From: Bacteroidia bacterium
GTDB lineage: Bacteria; Bacteroidota; Bacteroidia; NS11-12g; UBA9320
DNA length: 64,000 nt
Reading direction: 5' to 3'
NCBI GenBank assembly: GCA_965216465.1
Contig: CBDCFW010000001.1
Span: forward strand, 192,001 to 256,000
This document shows, piece by piece, positions 47,462 to 57,949 of this stretch. Each line of letters opens with the position of its first letter. Within the stretch, counting starts at the first letter, position 1. The position numbers were made by a program, and so were the translations under genes. The notes below the pieces were generated by a model. That model was not told the origin of the DNA, did not search any database, and was given only the letters and a program-made list of their open reading frames with translations.

Positions 47462-48573
47462 TTATTTATAAATTCTAATATTTTTTTTGCTCGTATATCC
47501 CAAGTGTATTTAGAAACTAAATCTTCATAGGCTTGGGTGCTTAGTTTGTCTCTTTGGTTTTTGTTCTCATTTAGAAGGAGAATTGCTTTTTCCCACTCTT
47601 CTACGTTGTCGCAGGTTGCAAACATGCAATTGTCAGCATTCAATACTTCATGAAGTACCGGAAGATCGGAAGCAATAATTGCTTTTTTAGCCTCCATATA
47701 TTCAAATATTTTAAGTGGCGACATATAGCTAGAGGTATTGTTACCGCTTGCAATAGTTACATTTTCTTGATAGGGAGCCAGTAGTATATCGCATTTTTTA
47801 CGAGCGATTACAGCTTTGCTGGGACTAACAAATCCATGGAAATGCAGATTTTCTTTCGTAACCGAGTCTGGATAGTAATCCAGTCTTTCCATTTGGGCTA
47901 CGGTACCTCCAATGATATGAAAATCGATTTGCGGTAATCTCTCACTCAATTGCACTATTAATTCCAGGCCCCTACCCTTCGAAATTGTTCCAACATAGCC
48001 CACTTGAGTTCTTTCTGCTTTACCAGGCCAAGTGTAGCTATTCAATTCTTCTAGAGTGGTATTGTAAACCGTTGCACCGTCGTGAACCGCTAATATTTTC
48101 TCACCAGTTATGAAATCTTGTTCACTTTTTAGTCTTTGCTTTAATGCATTCGACATGGTGACCAAGCCCAGAAAATTGGAGTGCGTGCAAAGCAGTGTAA
48201 AAACCTTCTTTCTCATACCATCCATTGCAGTGAATGGGTTGTGAGTTTCGTATGCGACCTTATATCCAAGTCTAGTAGCTAAATAGCAAGAAAATAATGA
48301 TCTGCCAAAAACAATATCTGGATTAAATTGCCTTAAAATTCTGCGAGCCCTAAAGGCATGTAACCACAAACCTATTTTGGGCAATGGTTCATTTGAAAAC
48401 TCTATTCTAAATGAAGATGTTCCGTACGCCTTGCTTACATCTCCCCAATTCCCTCTGAAGGCCGTTAACATAACATCGTGATTCTTTGAGAGAGCATTGC
48501 AAATTTGCATAACGTGCACACTGTTTGCCTTCTTTGACGGAATAGTTGAGTCTGATAAGTAAGCAATTCTCAT
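47458..48573 (-). CDS. Glycosyltransferase family 4
   Basis: PSKKANSVHVM, YETH, GYVG...GRG, SPLKIFEYM. Confidence 0.88.
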   Translation of the reverse strand: MRIAYLSDSTIPSKKANSVHVMQICNALSKNHDVMLTAFRGNWGDVSKAYGTSSFRIEFSNEPLPKIGLWLHAFRARRILRQFNPDIVFGRSLFSCYLATRLGYKVAYETHNPFTAMDGMRKKVFTLLCTHSNFLGLVTMSNALKQRLKSEQDFITGEKILAVHDGATVYNTTLEELNSYTWPGKAERTQVGYVGTISKGRGLELIVQLSERLPQIDFHIIGGTVAQMERLDYYPDSVTKENLHFHGFVSPSKAVIARKKCDILLAPYQENVTIASGNNTSSYMSPLKIFEYMEAKKAIIASDLPVLHEVLNADNCMFATCDNVEEWEKAILLLNENKNQRDKLSTQAYEDLVSKYTWDIRAKKILEFINK

Positions 48574-48574
48574 G

Positions 48575-49447
48575 TTACTTGAAGCGGTATAGCTGAGCAA
48601 TTGGTTTCCAAAATAAATTCTTTAAGAAAGAATGCTTAGTTGCTCGTTTATATCCATTTTGCTCTAAGTCTTGACCCGCAATGGTTTCAAATTTGCTAAT
48701 CTCTGAAGCTTCAAGTTTCTCCTTCCATTTGTTAATTGCATTGGCAATTGGTCGCTTGTCAATATTTTGGTGAAGCTCTTTTCCATAACGTTCCGGCACC
48801 TGATAATTCATCACGCTTTCACCTGGCTGCAATCCTATAAATGACTCGAGTTTCTTAAAGGCTTCATCTGTGTTTTGAATCAACTCTTCATACTTTAACA
48901 GCATAGTATTGTCTGGATGCTCCGCTTTAATCTTCTGTGCTAACCTCGCATACTGTTTCCACTGCATTGCTGAACGAATGGGATTGGTTTCAAAGGCTTT
49001 TTGTGTTACCGAATAAGTGCTATTCTTTTGAGAGCTAAAAATGGCCCTTCCATCTCGAACAAGTATGATAAACTTTGCGTTTGGAAAGTGAGCCTTCAAG
49101 TCTTGATAAACGTGGATGTAGTTTCCTTTTTTAATTCCGATAGTTGCAGCATTGCTTGTCTTAGTATTCTTATATAGCTCACACAATTCATTTAAAAATC
49201 CGCCTTTCGATTGCATGGCATACCCTAGCTCCTCAATATCGCTGTCAGCAATTTGCCAGTCTTTCATCTTCTTATCTTGGAGAATTAAATCTACCCCCCT
49301 ATCAGCTGTCCACGCATGATGATCAAGAAGCACACTTTGCATAATGTTTGACTCAGGCGGAATAATTACGGGATACCGCTCGCATAATTCTTTTGCTAAA
49401 AATGTAGAGCCAGAACGAGATAAATAAAAAATAAAAAATGCAGGCAT
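48575..49447 (-). CDS. Sulfotransferase family protein
   Basis: 5'-PAPS loop SRSGSTFL, 3'-phosphate motif RDGRAIFSS, LKYEEL. Confidence 0.85.
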   Translation of the reverse strand: MPAFFIFYLSRSGSTFLAKELCERYPVIIPPESNIMQSVLLDHHAWTADRGVDLILQDKKMKDWQIADSDIEELGYAMQSKGGFLNELCELYKNTKTSNAATIGIKKGNYIHVYQDLKAHFPNAKFIILVRDGRAIFSSQKNSTYSVTQKAFETNPIRSAMQWKQYARLAQKIKAEHPDNTMLLKYEELIQNTDEAFKKLESFIGLQPGESVMNYQVPERYGKELHQNIDKRPIANAINKWKEKLEASEISKFETIAGQDLEQNGYKRATKHSFLKNLFWKPIAQLYRFK

Positions 49448-50502
49448 TATGTGCTGGCTAGTCGCGTGTTAAGTTCTTCAAAAATTATATCACTATTGAG
49501 CTTAAGATCTAATTCAAGGTGCTTTGCATGGCTTTGAGGTATTTCGTTAGTCTTATTCAAAAATGCCGTCAATGTAGGCACGCTATAGCGTTGTTTTATG
49601 CTGTTTGCGTAATTCTCAAACGCTTTGTGCTTTCTTGTTGTAATTTTCAAATGAGGATTCTCATACCGCAATGCTGTATGCACAAATGGAATCAGACTTT
49701 CAAACAACGTACTCCCTTCTGAAAGTAAAATGCTTGGGATAAAGGGTTCGTCTTTAAAAACCATCAGATTTGAGGCATCGAAATAGTCTAAGTAATGTTC
49801 TCTAACTGCTTTAGGATGCAATGCTAAGTAATAGTTTTTGTTGGTATGTTGTTTGAGCGATTCCAGCGATTCTTTCAGGTGCGACAAATACTCTGTCTTA
49901 TCAATGATTGGCTTTCTAAAGTCCTTATTACCAAACAAGTATGAATCGACAAAAAGAATCACATCTCTGTTTTCAAAATTTTTACGGGCCAGAAAGTCAA
50001 CATCTTGATGGTTTACGAGTACCGTATTTTGACTCGATGGAGGCAGTTGAATTCGATCAAACTTCCAAGAGTCTGGTTCACTTACAAATTGAACGAAAGG
50101 TGCATTAATTTTATTAATGAGATACTTCCGAATGAGATGCACATTTCTCTTTAGGTGATACCAATTACTAAATGTATGCTTAAATGTTTCAAGATGGCTT
50201 TTATAAAACTTGATGTGCACAATGTAGTATGGTAGTTTAATTTGCTTCAACACCCTAATCAGAGAAACAAAGTTTTTCGACAAGCCAATATTTATCTGAA
50301 CAATATCAAATTGATCCCTATTCTTTTTGAGAAAGCCTATGGTTTCGTTCATTGTTAAAGGGAGTTTACTGGGATCTTCATGCTTTGGGCCTTCTAGCTC
50401 GACAATTTTTACATCAAAGTTGTTGAGTAATGGTTCAACTTTATCGTAATACTCCTTCTTGGTAAGAGACTTGTTACTGATAAAAAGAAGTCTTTTTTTC
50501 AC
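49447..50502 (-). CDS. Hypothetical protein, probable glycosyltransferase
   Basis: 351 aa, directly after the flippase; ILFVDS, ALHPKA and ST motifs suggest a GT-B C-terminal domain. Confidence 0.45.
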   Translation of the reverse strand: MKKRLLFISNKSLTKKEYYDKVEPLLNNFDVKIVELEGPKHEDPSKLPLTMNETIGFLKKNRDQFDIVQINIGLSKNFVSLIRVLKQIKLPYYIVHIKFYKSHLETFKHTFSNWYHLKRNVHLIRKYLINKINAPFVQFVSEPDSWKFDRIQLPPSSQNTVLVNHQDVDFLARKNFENRDVILFVDSYLFGNKDFRKPIIDKTEYLSHLKESLESLKQHTNKNYYLALHPKAVREHYLDYFDASNLMVFKDEPFIPSILLSEGSTLFESLIPFVHTALRYENPHLKITTRKHKAFENYANSIKQRYSVPTLTAFLNKTNEIPQSHAKHLELDLKLNSDIIFEELNTRLAST

Positions 50503-50508
50503 AGCTCT

Positions 50509-52017
50509 TTATTTGTAAAGCTTGTTAACCAGCCCTTTTATTTGAAGCTTATCCGTATTATTAAATACTAAATAATACACTATCGACACAAGAGCAGCAG
50601 TTATCCCTAGGCCTGCCAAAAGTAGGTGAATCCAATTTGCAACTCCCTCTAAGCTAACCCATTGACTGTTTAAGACCAGAACAAACAATACAAGTATACC
50701 CAAAGGCAACAGTGTTGTTTTGGCAAAGTATTTTCCGGCATTAACTCCTATTGCCTTGTACACAAAAAGATAGAGTAAAATTACAGTTACCGATCCTGTT
50801 CCGTATGTTGCTAGCACCGCTCCGGGACCACCAAGTTCAACTACCAGAAAGTACGTTAAAACCAGTCCGACAAAAGCCATTGTAATTGTAATTAATGAAT
50901 ACTTCTTAACGATTCCAGTTGCCAAAAGACTTTGATTTAGAATAGCCACCGATTTAACAATAAAAATGAGAATGAGTATCCATCTTATCAGGATGGCATA
51001 TTGTGCGTATTCGCTACCCACCCATAAATTTGTAAAGGGCACAATTAGTATGGCAATAGTCGCTACAATTACAAAATTCAGCCCGTTTAGTAACCTTCCT
51101 GAAGCCAGCGTTTTGGCTAGCAACTCTTCCTTCCCTTTTGTGTAGAACATTCTAACAAAGACTGGCATTATTGCAGAGGTACTGATTTCCATAAGTTTCA
51201 GCGTATTAATGATAAGTGTTTGAACAATACTATACGCTGTAATTGCTAGAGGACCACTCGCCGCAGCGATAATTATGGTATCAAATTGTTTAACTACAAT
51301 GCCTGAAACCTTATTCAGTAGTGTCCAAATGCTGAATGAATAAATTTCTTTAAGTGTTTTCTTATTGATGGAGAATAGTTTAAGTGACCACTTCAATTTT
51401 TTGTTAATAGACTTGCTCCAGTAGAACCAAAGTGGTATAAACAAAATCTGTTGAGTGACAAATATGTGCACAATCCCATAATCCAACATGGCCAATACAA
51501 TGGCACTACTTACAGAAACGATACTCAGAACTGATTTACCATAATTACGATAAGCGTGCATTTCCATTCCGAGCAAGGTTCCTTCTAGGATTTTTGCTGG
51601 CCACTTAATAAAGGAAAATACAATCATTACCAGAACAATAGTCGAGAATGCTCCAGTGTATTCTTCTGAAAGATTTAGCTTATCAAAAAAGAAGTTATTG
51701 AAGTAAAGTAGTATGGCAAGTGCTGCTGCATTTATTACTCCAATAATGGCATAGATGTTGGCACTGGTACTTATTACTTCGTTTACGTTCTTGTTATCTT
51801 TTAATGCTAGGTACTTAGCTGTAAAACGTGTAACACCTGAAGTTAACCCCGTATCCATAATTAAAAAAGTACCCGAGATTCCGTAAGCTAGAACCAATAC
51901 ACCATAGCCTTCAACTCCAAGAAACTTTATAAGAATAGGAATCGACAGAATATTAAGAAAGATGTTTATCACTCTAGCTACTCCGAACGACAAGGTATTT
52001 CTAAGCAGTGACGGCAA
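50509..52017 (-). CDS. wzx: Polysaccharide flippase (Wzx, MOP/MATE-like)
   Basis: LGVEGYG, DTGL...TRF, D-II motif, about 12-14 TMs. Confidence 0.88.
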   Translation of the reverse strand: MPSLLRNTLSFGVARVINIFLNILSIPILIKFLGVEGYGVLVLAYGISGTFLIMDTGLTSGVTRFTAKYLALKDNKNVNEVISTSANIYAIIGVINAAALAILLYFNNFFFDKLNLSEEYTGAFSTIVLVMIVFSFIKWPAKILEGTLLGMEMHAYRNYGKSVLSIVSVSSAIVLAMLDYGIVHIFVTQQILFIPLWFYWSKSINKKLKWSLKLFSINKKTLKEIYSFSIWTLLNKVSGIVVKQFDTIIIAAASGPLAITAYSIVQTLIINTLKLMEISTSAIMPVFVRMFYTKGKEELLAKTLASGRLLNGLNFVIVATIAILIVPFTNLWVGSEYAQYAILIRWILILIFIVKSVAILNQSLLATGIVKKYSLITITMAFVGLVLTYFLVVELGGPGAVLATYGTGSVTVILLYLFVYKAIGVNAGKYFAKTTLLPLGILVLFVLVLNSQWVSLEGVANWIHLLLAGLGITAALVSIVYYLVFNNTDKLQIKGLVNKLYK

Positions 52018-52023
52018 TATTAT

Positions 52024-52923
52024 CTAGGCTATTTTACGAAGTCCTTTCAGAATCTTCTCCCTCAGTAAGAATAGATTATACGAAACATTAAACTTGATAT
52101 TTGTCCAGCTCATGCCTAAGTTTCCTTCTTCATATCCTAACAGTTTAATATGTTTTTTCAGCTTGTAATTCGCTACGGGTATTAATTTCGAGTCGGCATT
52201 TTTCCATCGGTATACCGCAGAAGAATCAAACAACTTAGAAACATCTCCAAAGGATGAATTGTTGGTGTACTTCTTGCCGTCTCTTATTATGAGCTGTTCC
52301 AAATCTGGGGTAATGTTTGTTCCCAAAAACTCAGTAAGTTCTTTGCAGATTTCATCCTTTTGTAGGATTAAATCCTCGTACTTTAGAAAGTAGAAGTTCG
52401 AATATTGGTTAGAAAGTTCAATGGCTAGATTTAAGCTTTCAGTCATATCGCGTATGTATCTGCGAATTTCAAACTTCGCAAATCTGTTTTCTGATGAAAG
52501 GAGTACATCTCTAGGATCTCTATAAATGTAAATTACTTTATGGTTATTAATCAGTAATTGTTCTAAGTAATAAAGTTCTTCTGTTTTTTTAATACCTACG
52601 AGGTTAACATTCTCCGATTCATCGAGCTTTGATAGCTCATGTAGACATTGAACAAATAACTCGTTTACCGTATTAAACTTGCCTGCGTTGATGTTTAACT
52701 CGATATCAAAATTAAAACACTCTGCCTCCAAGCTACTGACTAAGATATTCTTTTCTTTAGGGCCTAGTGGCTTATTCATGTCTCTGATATCCAAGTCTTT
52801 ACCGTTATTAAATATCGACCTTAAAAAATCAGAATACACCACAACGTGATGCTGACTGTTGAGCAGGTTGCATAGAAATGTGGTTCCTGACCTCATTTTC
52901 CCGGTTATAAAAACACTATTCAT
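52024..52923 (-). CDS. Sulfotransferase family protein
   Basis: GKMRSGTTFL, RDPRDVLLS, LKYEDL. Confidence 0.85.
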   Translation of the reverse strand: MNSVFITGKMRSGTTFLCNLLNSQHHVVVYSDFLRSIFNNGKDLDIRDMNKPLGPKEKNILVSSLEAECFNFDIELNINAGKFNTVNELFVQCLHELSKLDESENVNLVGIKKTEELYYLEQLLINNHKVIYIYRDPRDVLLSSENRFAKFEIRRYIRDMTESLNLAIELSNQYSNFYFLKYEDLILQKDEICKELTEFLGTNITPDLEQLIIRDGKKYTNNSSFGDVSKLFDSSAVYRWKNADSKLIPVANYKLKKHIKLLGYEEGNLGMSWTNIKFNVSYNLFLLREKILKGLRKIA

Positions 52924-53722
52924 TTCCTGAATATACCTTGTCTTTTAAACTTCTAATTTGTTCTAAATTGTTTTTATAAAAATCACTGATCTTCTTAACA
53001 ATTTCGCTGTTTAAACTTGCTTGCTGACGCATACTATTTATGTCGAGTAACGCTGTTTCTTGCAAGAGCAGTTTACGTACATCTGCATACGATGGTATTT
53101 CAATTTTATCGAATCGATGAAAGAGTTGTGAGATCAATTCAAAATCTTCTGGATAATCAGATGTGATTCTAATATTTTCCAGTTTTAGATGTTCAGGTGT
53201 TTCAACTCTTAACACATTAAAAACATCTGGCTGATTAATTAAATGGCCCCAGATTTCCGTATCTATTTCTTCCTTTATTTGACAAACAACTTTTAATGCC
53301 CTTGTCTTCAATCCATATACCGCACAACCAATTGGCAATCCTTCGATATAGGCAAAGTCAGCCTGGTTCTCAATCAGTTCTGTTTTTAGCTGATGTGCCA
53401 TGTCAATTGAAAACAATGGGTTTTCTCCGGTTATATTGATTACGTAGTCTAAGCTATGGGTCTCAGCAGCATCTTTTAACCTTGTTAGCACATCTCCTTC
53501 ACTTCCTCTAAAACATTGAATACCTGCTTTTTTCGCAATCACTTCTAATGGATTATCCTGATAGAAGGTTGACGTACAGAGTATTACATTTTCTGAAGGA
53601 ATTACTTGCTTTGCTCGATCAATCACACGTTCAACCATCGTTTTGCCGTTAAGGCCTAACAATAGCTTGTAGGGCAATCTTGATGATTTCAAACGTGCAG
53701 TAATCAGAAATCCTATTTTCAT
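52916..53722 (-). CDS. Cytidylyltransferase (SpsF/KdsB-like)
   Basis: ITARLKSSRLPYK, FRGSEGDVL.R, ITGENP, RITSDYPEDF. Confidence 0.85.
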   Translation of the reverse strand: MKIGFLITARLKSSRLPYKLLLGLNGKTMVERVIDRAKQVIPSENVILCTSTFYQDNPLEVIAKKAGIQCFRGSEGDVLTRLKDAAETHSLDYVINITGENPLFSIDMAHQLKTELIENQADFAYIEGLPIGCAVYGLKTRALKVVCQIKEEIDTEIWGHLINQPDVFNVLRVETPEHLKLENIRITSDYPEDFELISQLFHRFDKIEIPSYADVRKLLLQETALLDINSMRQQASLNSEIVKKISDFYKNNLEQIRSLKDKVYSGNE

Positions 53723-54777
53723 TTTGTATTTTTAAATTGAGAAATATCTGCGATAGTGAATTTGTACTCGACTTTTCCGAAGTCTATGATTTCATCCTTT
53801 TCAATTCTGTGCTTAGTCTTAAGCCCTAAAATATCTTGTAATTGAAGCTGTTTTAATGTCGATGAATCATTGGTACGTTTAAAGGCTATGTGGTCTAGCG
53901 TTAGCAATTCACCTTGCTCAATAACTTTTGAAGCTACAATTGCCTTTTTCATTGGTCCTGTGTCTCCATACTTCTTTTCCGCAGCTGAAAGTTCAAGCGA
54001 CCCGTTTCCAAGTACCGTAAATGCTGTATTCTGAAGTTCTTTAATTTTCTTCATGGTGTCGATTGACACTGCACTTTGGGCATCAATTCTTTTATCGCCA
54101 TATGCATGCGTAAAATGCTTCTCTAAAACATTCACACCAACCGCTGTGGCCATCACGCTCACAAATGCATTATTGTCATCTTCGGGGTCGGTATGGTCTG
54201 CATAGCCAATGGGGTAATTGAATAAAGATTGATATTTCTTCAATCGTTCTAAGTTCACATCAGCATAGTCGGTTGGGTAGTTTTGAAATCCATACATTAA
54301 GAAAATGTCGGTTTTGTTTCTTTTCTCCAAGAAGTCGATGGCGTAAAATATTTCATCCAAAGAAGAACCACCAACGCCAAGAATGACAGTTCCATTAAAC
54401 TTTGAAGCTTCTTCGAGCAGGAAGTAGTCATTTAAACCTGTTGCGTGCAGTTCAATAGCCTTGCACGGAATGTTCTTATTCAAAATCCAACGCAGCGAGT
54501 TTACATCGTTGCAGAGGTAAATAACATCAATATTTTTACTCGAGGTATATTCCGAAATCTCAGTCCATTGACCTTCATCTAAACACCACTTAGCCAAATC
54601 GTTTATTGCAGCATGTTCAGCAATCATGTATTCATTGATATCCATCAACAAGTGAAATTTAACAGCATTCAACTTGAGACTTTCTGCATGATCAACTAAC
54701 TGCTTTAAAAAGGGCACATCCCCTTCATGATGAAATGCTGTTTCTCCTATGAGATAAGGTATGTTACTGGGAATCAT
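53719..54777 (-). CDS. Divergent NeuB-family ulosonic acid synthase with C-terminal SAF domain
   Basis: GETAFHHEG, AVKFH, YPT, GYADHT, EKHFT motifs; SAF-like tail. Confidence 0.8.
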   Translation of the reverse strand: MIPSNIPYLIGETAFHHEGDVPFLKQLVDHAESLKLNAVKFHLLMDINEYMIAEHAAINDLAKWCLDEGQWTEISEYTSSKNIDVIYLCNDVNSLRWILNKNIPCKAIELHATGLNDYFLLEEASKFNGTVILGVGGSSLDEIFYAIDFLEKRNKTDIFLMYGFQNYPTDYADVNLERLKKYQSLFNYPIGYADHTDPEDDNNAFVSVMATAVGVNVLEKHFTHAYGDKRIDAQSAVSIDTMKKIKELQNTAFTVLGNGSLELSAAEKKYGDTGPMKKAIVASKVIEQGELLTLDHIAFKRTNDSSTLKQLQLQDILGLKTKHRIEKDEIIDFGKVEYKFTIADISQFKNTK

Positions 54778-54783
54778 ATTGTT

Positions 54784-55830
54784 TTATAATTTAAGATGGT
54801 GTATATCTCTTTGAGCTTTTTCTAAATCTTGGTGCTTTCCGATATCAAGCCAGTACCCGAGGATTGGATAATGCAAAACCTTTTTATTGTTTTGAATCAG
54901 GCTGTCAATTAAAGAAGTTGCATCAAAATACTGATTGTCTGGAAGCATATCGATGAGTTCTTTTTTGAAGATATATATACCCGCATTCGAATAATACGTA
55001 TACGTGGGTTTTTCTTTAATATCGATTACCAATTCATTCTCCGACTCTACAACGCCATAAGGAATTTCTACTTCGTGAGTAGTTGTTGCTACTATTAAGT
55101 CTCCATCTTTATCAATTAGATCCTGAAAGATATCTTCAAAGTCAATATCGGTTAGAATGTCAGAATTCATAACCAAAACATAATCGTTGTAGATTTCTGG
55201 AATTAGGGTAAGGGCTCCCATCGTACCCAAAGGTTTATCTTCGTCTGTGTAGGTTAAGTTGATATCCTTCGCTGAGCCATCTCCAAAATAGTTCTTGATC
55301 TGATCAGATAGATAATTAACTGTTAGTACCTGTCTCTTCATTCCGAAGTCTCTAAGACGGTCAATATTGTATTCAACAATAGGTTTGCTACCAACTTTGA
55401 TTAAAGGTTTGGGAAGGTTTTCGGTTAGCGGCATTAGTCTTTTCCCTCTACCTCCAGCCATAATTACCGCATCAATGGGTAGGTATGACTTTTGTATTCT
55501 GAAATTTACAATATCAACTATGTTATGCTCATCATCAACAACCGGAATTATTCTAAAATTCTTTTCCCGCCATTCTTGCATTTGGCTTATAGAATAAGCG
55601 TTTACAGAAAAGTATTTGGGGTCTTTACCTACAAAACTAGATATGTCTGACTCCAAAGTGAGACCATTAATGAAGCCTCTTCTAATATCTCCATCTGTTA
55701 AAGATCCAATGAGTTTCTGATTTTCATCAACGAGAAACAAAATAGCATCAGACGCCAACTTGTCTAGCCGCTGAAGCACAGACCTAACACTTATATCTTT
55801 GCCAATAATGTGTTCTGAGATTGTAGTCAT
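54784..55830 (-). CDS. CBS-domain sugar-1-phosphate nucleotidyltransferase (PtmE/LegX-like)
   Basis: GSLTDGDIRRG CBS pair; MAGGRGKRL.PLT..PKPL; YWLDIG. Confidence 0.9.
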   Translation of the reverse strand: MTTISEHIIGKDISVRSVLQRLDKLASDAILFLVDENQKLIGSLTDGDIRRGFINGLTLESDISSFVGKDPKYFSVNAYSISQMQEWREKNFRIIPVVDDEHNIVDIVNFRIQKSYLPIDAVIMAGGRGKRLMPLTENLPKPLIKVGSKPIVEYNIDRLRDFGMKRQVLTVNYLSDQIKNYFGDGSAKDINLTYTDEDKPLGTMGALTLIPEIYNDYVLVMNSDILTDIDFEDIFQDLIDKDGDLIVATTTHEVEIPYGVVESENELVIDIKEKPTYTYYSNAGIYIFKKELIDMLPDNQYFDATSLIDSLIQNNKKVLHYPILGYWLDIGKHQDLEKAQRDIHHLKL

Positions 55831-56933
55831 ATTCTTTTTAATGCATTTATGATTGTTGTAGCACTATTAGCAGATTGATAAATGTTTTCACCTGTAAATT
55901 CTGGATCATTTTCAATCGCAGCAATAGCCTTTTTAATTTCATCCCAACTCACCGCAGTGTTGTAAATGTTTTTGCTTTGAGCTCTACCCTTTTGTCGATC
56001 TCCGATGTTAATTACATATTTTCCAAATGAAGCTGCTTCGATAATGCCGCTTGATGTATTTCCTAACAGAAATTGGCTCAGCTTCATGCATGAAAAGTAG
56101 CTTAAGGTGCCTAATGACTCAACGCATTTAATGTTTTGATGCTCTTCTGCGAGCTCTGAGAATAACGCTCTAAATTGTGCATTATTCGTATCCATGTTTG
56201 GCATCGTTATTACTACTTGATACTGTTCTGCAATTTCTTCTAAAGACAACTTAAGCTCAGTAATGTGTTGATCATTTTGAACCGTATTAACCGTTTCAGG
56301 ATGAAACGTGAATAGCACTGTTGAAATGTCCATATCGATGTTCCATCTGCTCAAAAACTCTTCGCAATTCAAAAGCGACATGTTATTCAGGTTCTCGAGG
56401 CTGATTGAGCCACTATTCCAAACATTTTCATCACTTCCCACCATGTCCGCAACTCGCTCCTTATATTGGGCAGTCGTTGTGAAATGATATTTAGCCATAG
56501 CAGTAATAGCATGTCTATATTTATTGTCGATTGCACCCAACGTTGTTTCTCCACCGTGAATATGAGCAATGTCAAGATTAAAAGGAACGGTTGCAGCTAC
56601 AGCGGCAAACATTTCATATCGGTCACCAAGCGCAAATACAAGGGGATTGTGCTTCGATACTTCTTGCCAGATGGTTGAAAATTCATTTTGCAAGTCTCCC
56701 ACATATCGCGATATAGCTTCCGCTGAATCGTTTTCCGGTAAGGCCTTAACTCGATGAGATACCTTAAAACCATCTTTTATGATCGAATCAATTGTGTATC
56801 CATGATTTTTTGACAAATGAGATCCAAAAGCAATGATGTTTAAGTCAAAGTACGGGTCTTCTTCAAGCCGCTTTAACAGTGGCAAATAAATCCCGTAATC
56901 GGCTCTCGAGCTGGTTAATACGTATACGTTCAT
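55827..56933 (-). CDS. neuC: Hydrolysing NDP-sugar 2-epimerase (NeuC/LegG)
   Basis: SRADYG, LGDRYE, HIHGGE, RHAIT, FHPET, GNTSSGIIE, GDRQKGR. Confidence 0.9.
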   Translation of the reverse strand: MNVYVLTSSRADYGIYLPLLKRLEEDPYFDLNIIAFGSHLSKNHGYTIDSIIKDGFKVSHRVKALPENDSAEAISRYVGDLQNEFSTIWQEVSKHNPLVFALGDRYEMFAAVAATVPFNLDIAHIHGGETTLGAIDNKYRHAITAMAKYHFTTTAQYKERVADMVGSDENVWNSGSISLENLNNMSLLNCEEFLSRWNIDMDISTVLFTFHPETVNTVQNDQHITELKLSLEEIAEQYQVVITMPNMDTNNAQFRALFSELAEEHQNIKCVESLGTLSYFSCMKLSQFLLGNTSSGIIEAASFGKYVINIGDRQKGRAQSKNIYNTAVSWDEIKKAIAAIENDPEFTGENIYQSANSATTIINALKRI

Positions 56934-57949
56934 TCTAAATCGTGCCAAGAAAGCATCATTTCTTGATCAGCATTCTTCTTCATTCTTTTACCCAGAACCT
57001 GATCAATTTCCATTGGACTAATACCATCTCCGGGTCTCTTGATGCTCAGATCATCCATCGTTAAAATATGGCCCTGTTTTGTATTGGCTTTAACAAATAT
57101 GCTCTTACGTGCAATTGCTCGGTTTTTCAGCTCAGAGTTTGATGGTCTTTTAATTCCATCACCAAGTGCTTTTTCAATATTTCTAATTGAGCGAATCATC
57201 TCAGTCAATTCATTAGGATCTAAAGATGCTTTATGATCTGGACCATCCATTTGCTTATCGAGCGTAAAGTGTTTTTCGATGCAAACAGCTCCCATAGCCA
57301 CAGCCGCAATAGGAATTTCAATTCCAGTTGTATGATCAGAATAACCGGTTCTTACATCTAGCTCATTAGCCATAGTAACCATAGCAGCCAGATTCACATC
57401 CGACATCGGAGTTGGGTATTCTGTATTGCAATGAAGAAGCATAAGGTCTTCGTTTTTAACACCATGCTCGCGAAGCACAGCTACTGCTGCCTTTACTTCA
57501 TCCATTTCACACATTCCAGTCGACATGATAATGGGCTTCTTGGTTTGTGCAATTTTTCTCAAATAAGGTAAATTGGTAATTTCCCCAGATGGTATTTTGA
57601 ACAGGTCTAAATCTAAGGCAGATAGATAGTCAATGCTTGCTACATCAAATGGAGTAGACAAGAATTTAATTCCTTTAACAGCACAATGTTTCATAAGCTC
57701 AGAATGCATGCTTGAACTCAGCTCCAGTTTCTTGAGCATTTCAAATTGAGTCTCATCCTTATCTGAACCATTTTCTATTTGATATTGAGCTTTTTGAGCA
57801 TTTCGGCTAACCAAACTTTCGGCCTTGAAAGTTTGAAATTTCACGTAATCAGCCCCAGCTTCGGCAGCAACATTTACCAGTTCTTTAGCGAGGTTTATAT
57901 CACCATTGTGATTGACCCCTGCTTCTGCTATAATTAGAACTTTGTTCAT
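56930..57949 (-). CDS. neuB: N,N'-diacyllegionaminate/N-acetylneuraminate synthase (NeuB/LegI)
   Basis: IIAEAGVNHNG, KFQTF, STPFD, KIPSGE, GYSDHT, EKHFTLD, SAF domain. Confidence 0.93.
   Translation of the reverse strand: MNKVLIIAEAGVNHNGDINLAKELVNVAAEAGADYVKFQTFKAESLVSRNAQKAQYQIENGSDKDETQFEMLKKLELSSSMHSELMKHCAVKGIKFLSTPFDVASIDYLSALDLDLFKIPSGEITNLPYLRKIAQTKKPIIMSTGMCEMDEVKAAVAVLREHGVKNEDLMLLHCNTEYPTPMSDVNLAAMVTMANELDVRTGYSDHTTGIEIPIAAVAMGAVCIEKHFTLDKQMDGPDHKASLDPNELTEMIRSIRNIEKALGDGIKRPSNSELKNRAIARKSIFVKANTKQGHILTMDDLSIKRPGDGISPMEIDQVLGKRMKKNADQEMMLSWHDLE

Noticed and set aside
47481-47488. A8 tract near the 3' end of a GT4 gene
   Set aside because: In frame (Ala-Lys-Lys-Ile) and too close to the stop to act as a switch.
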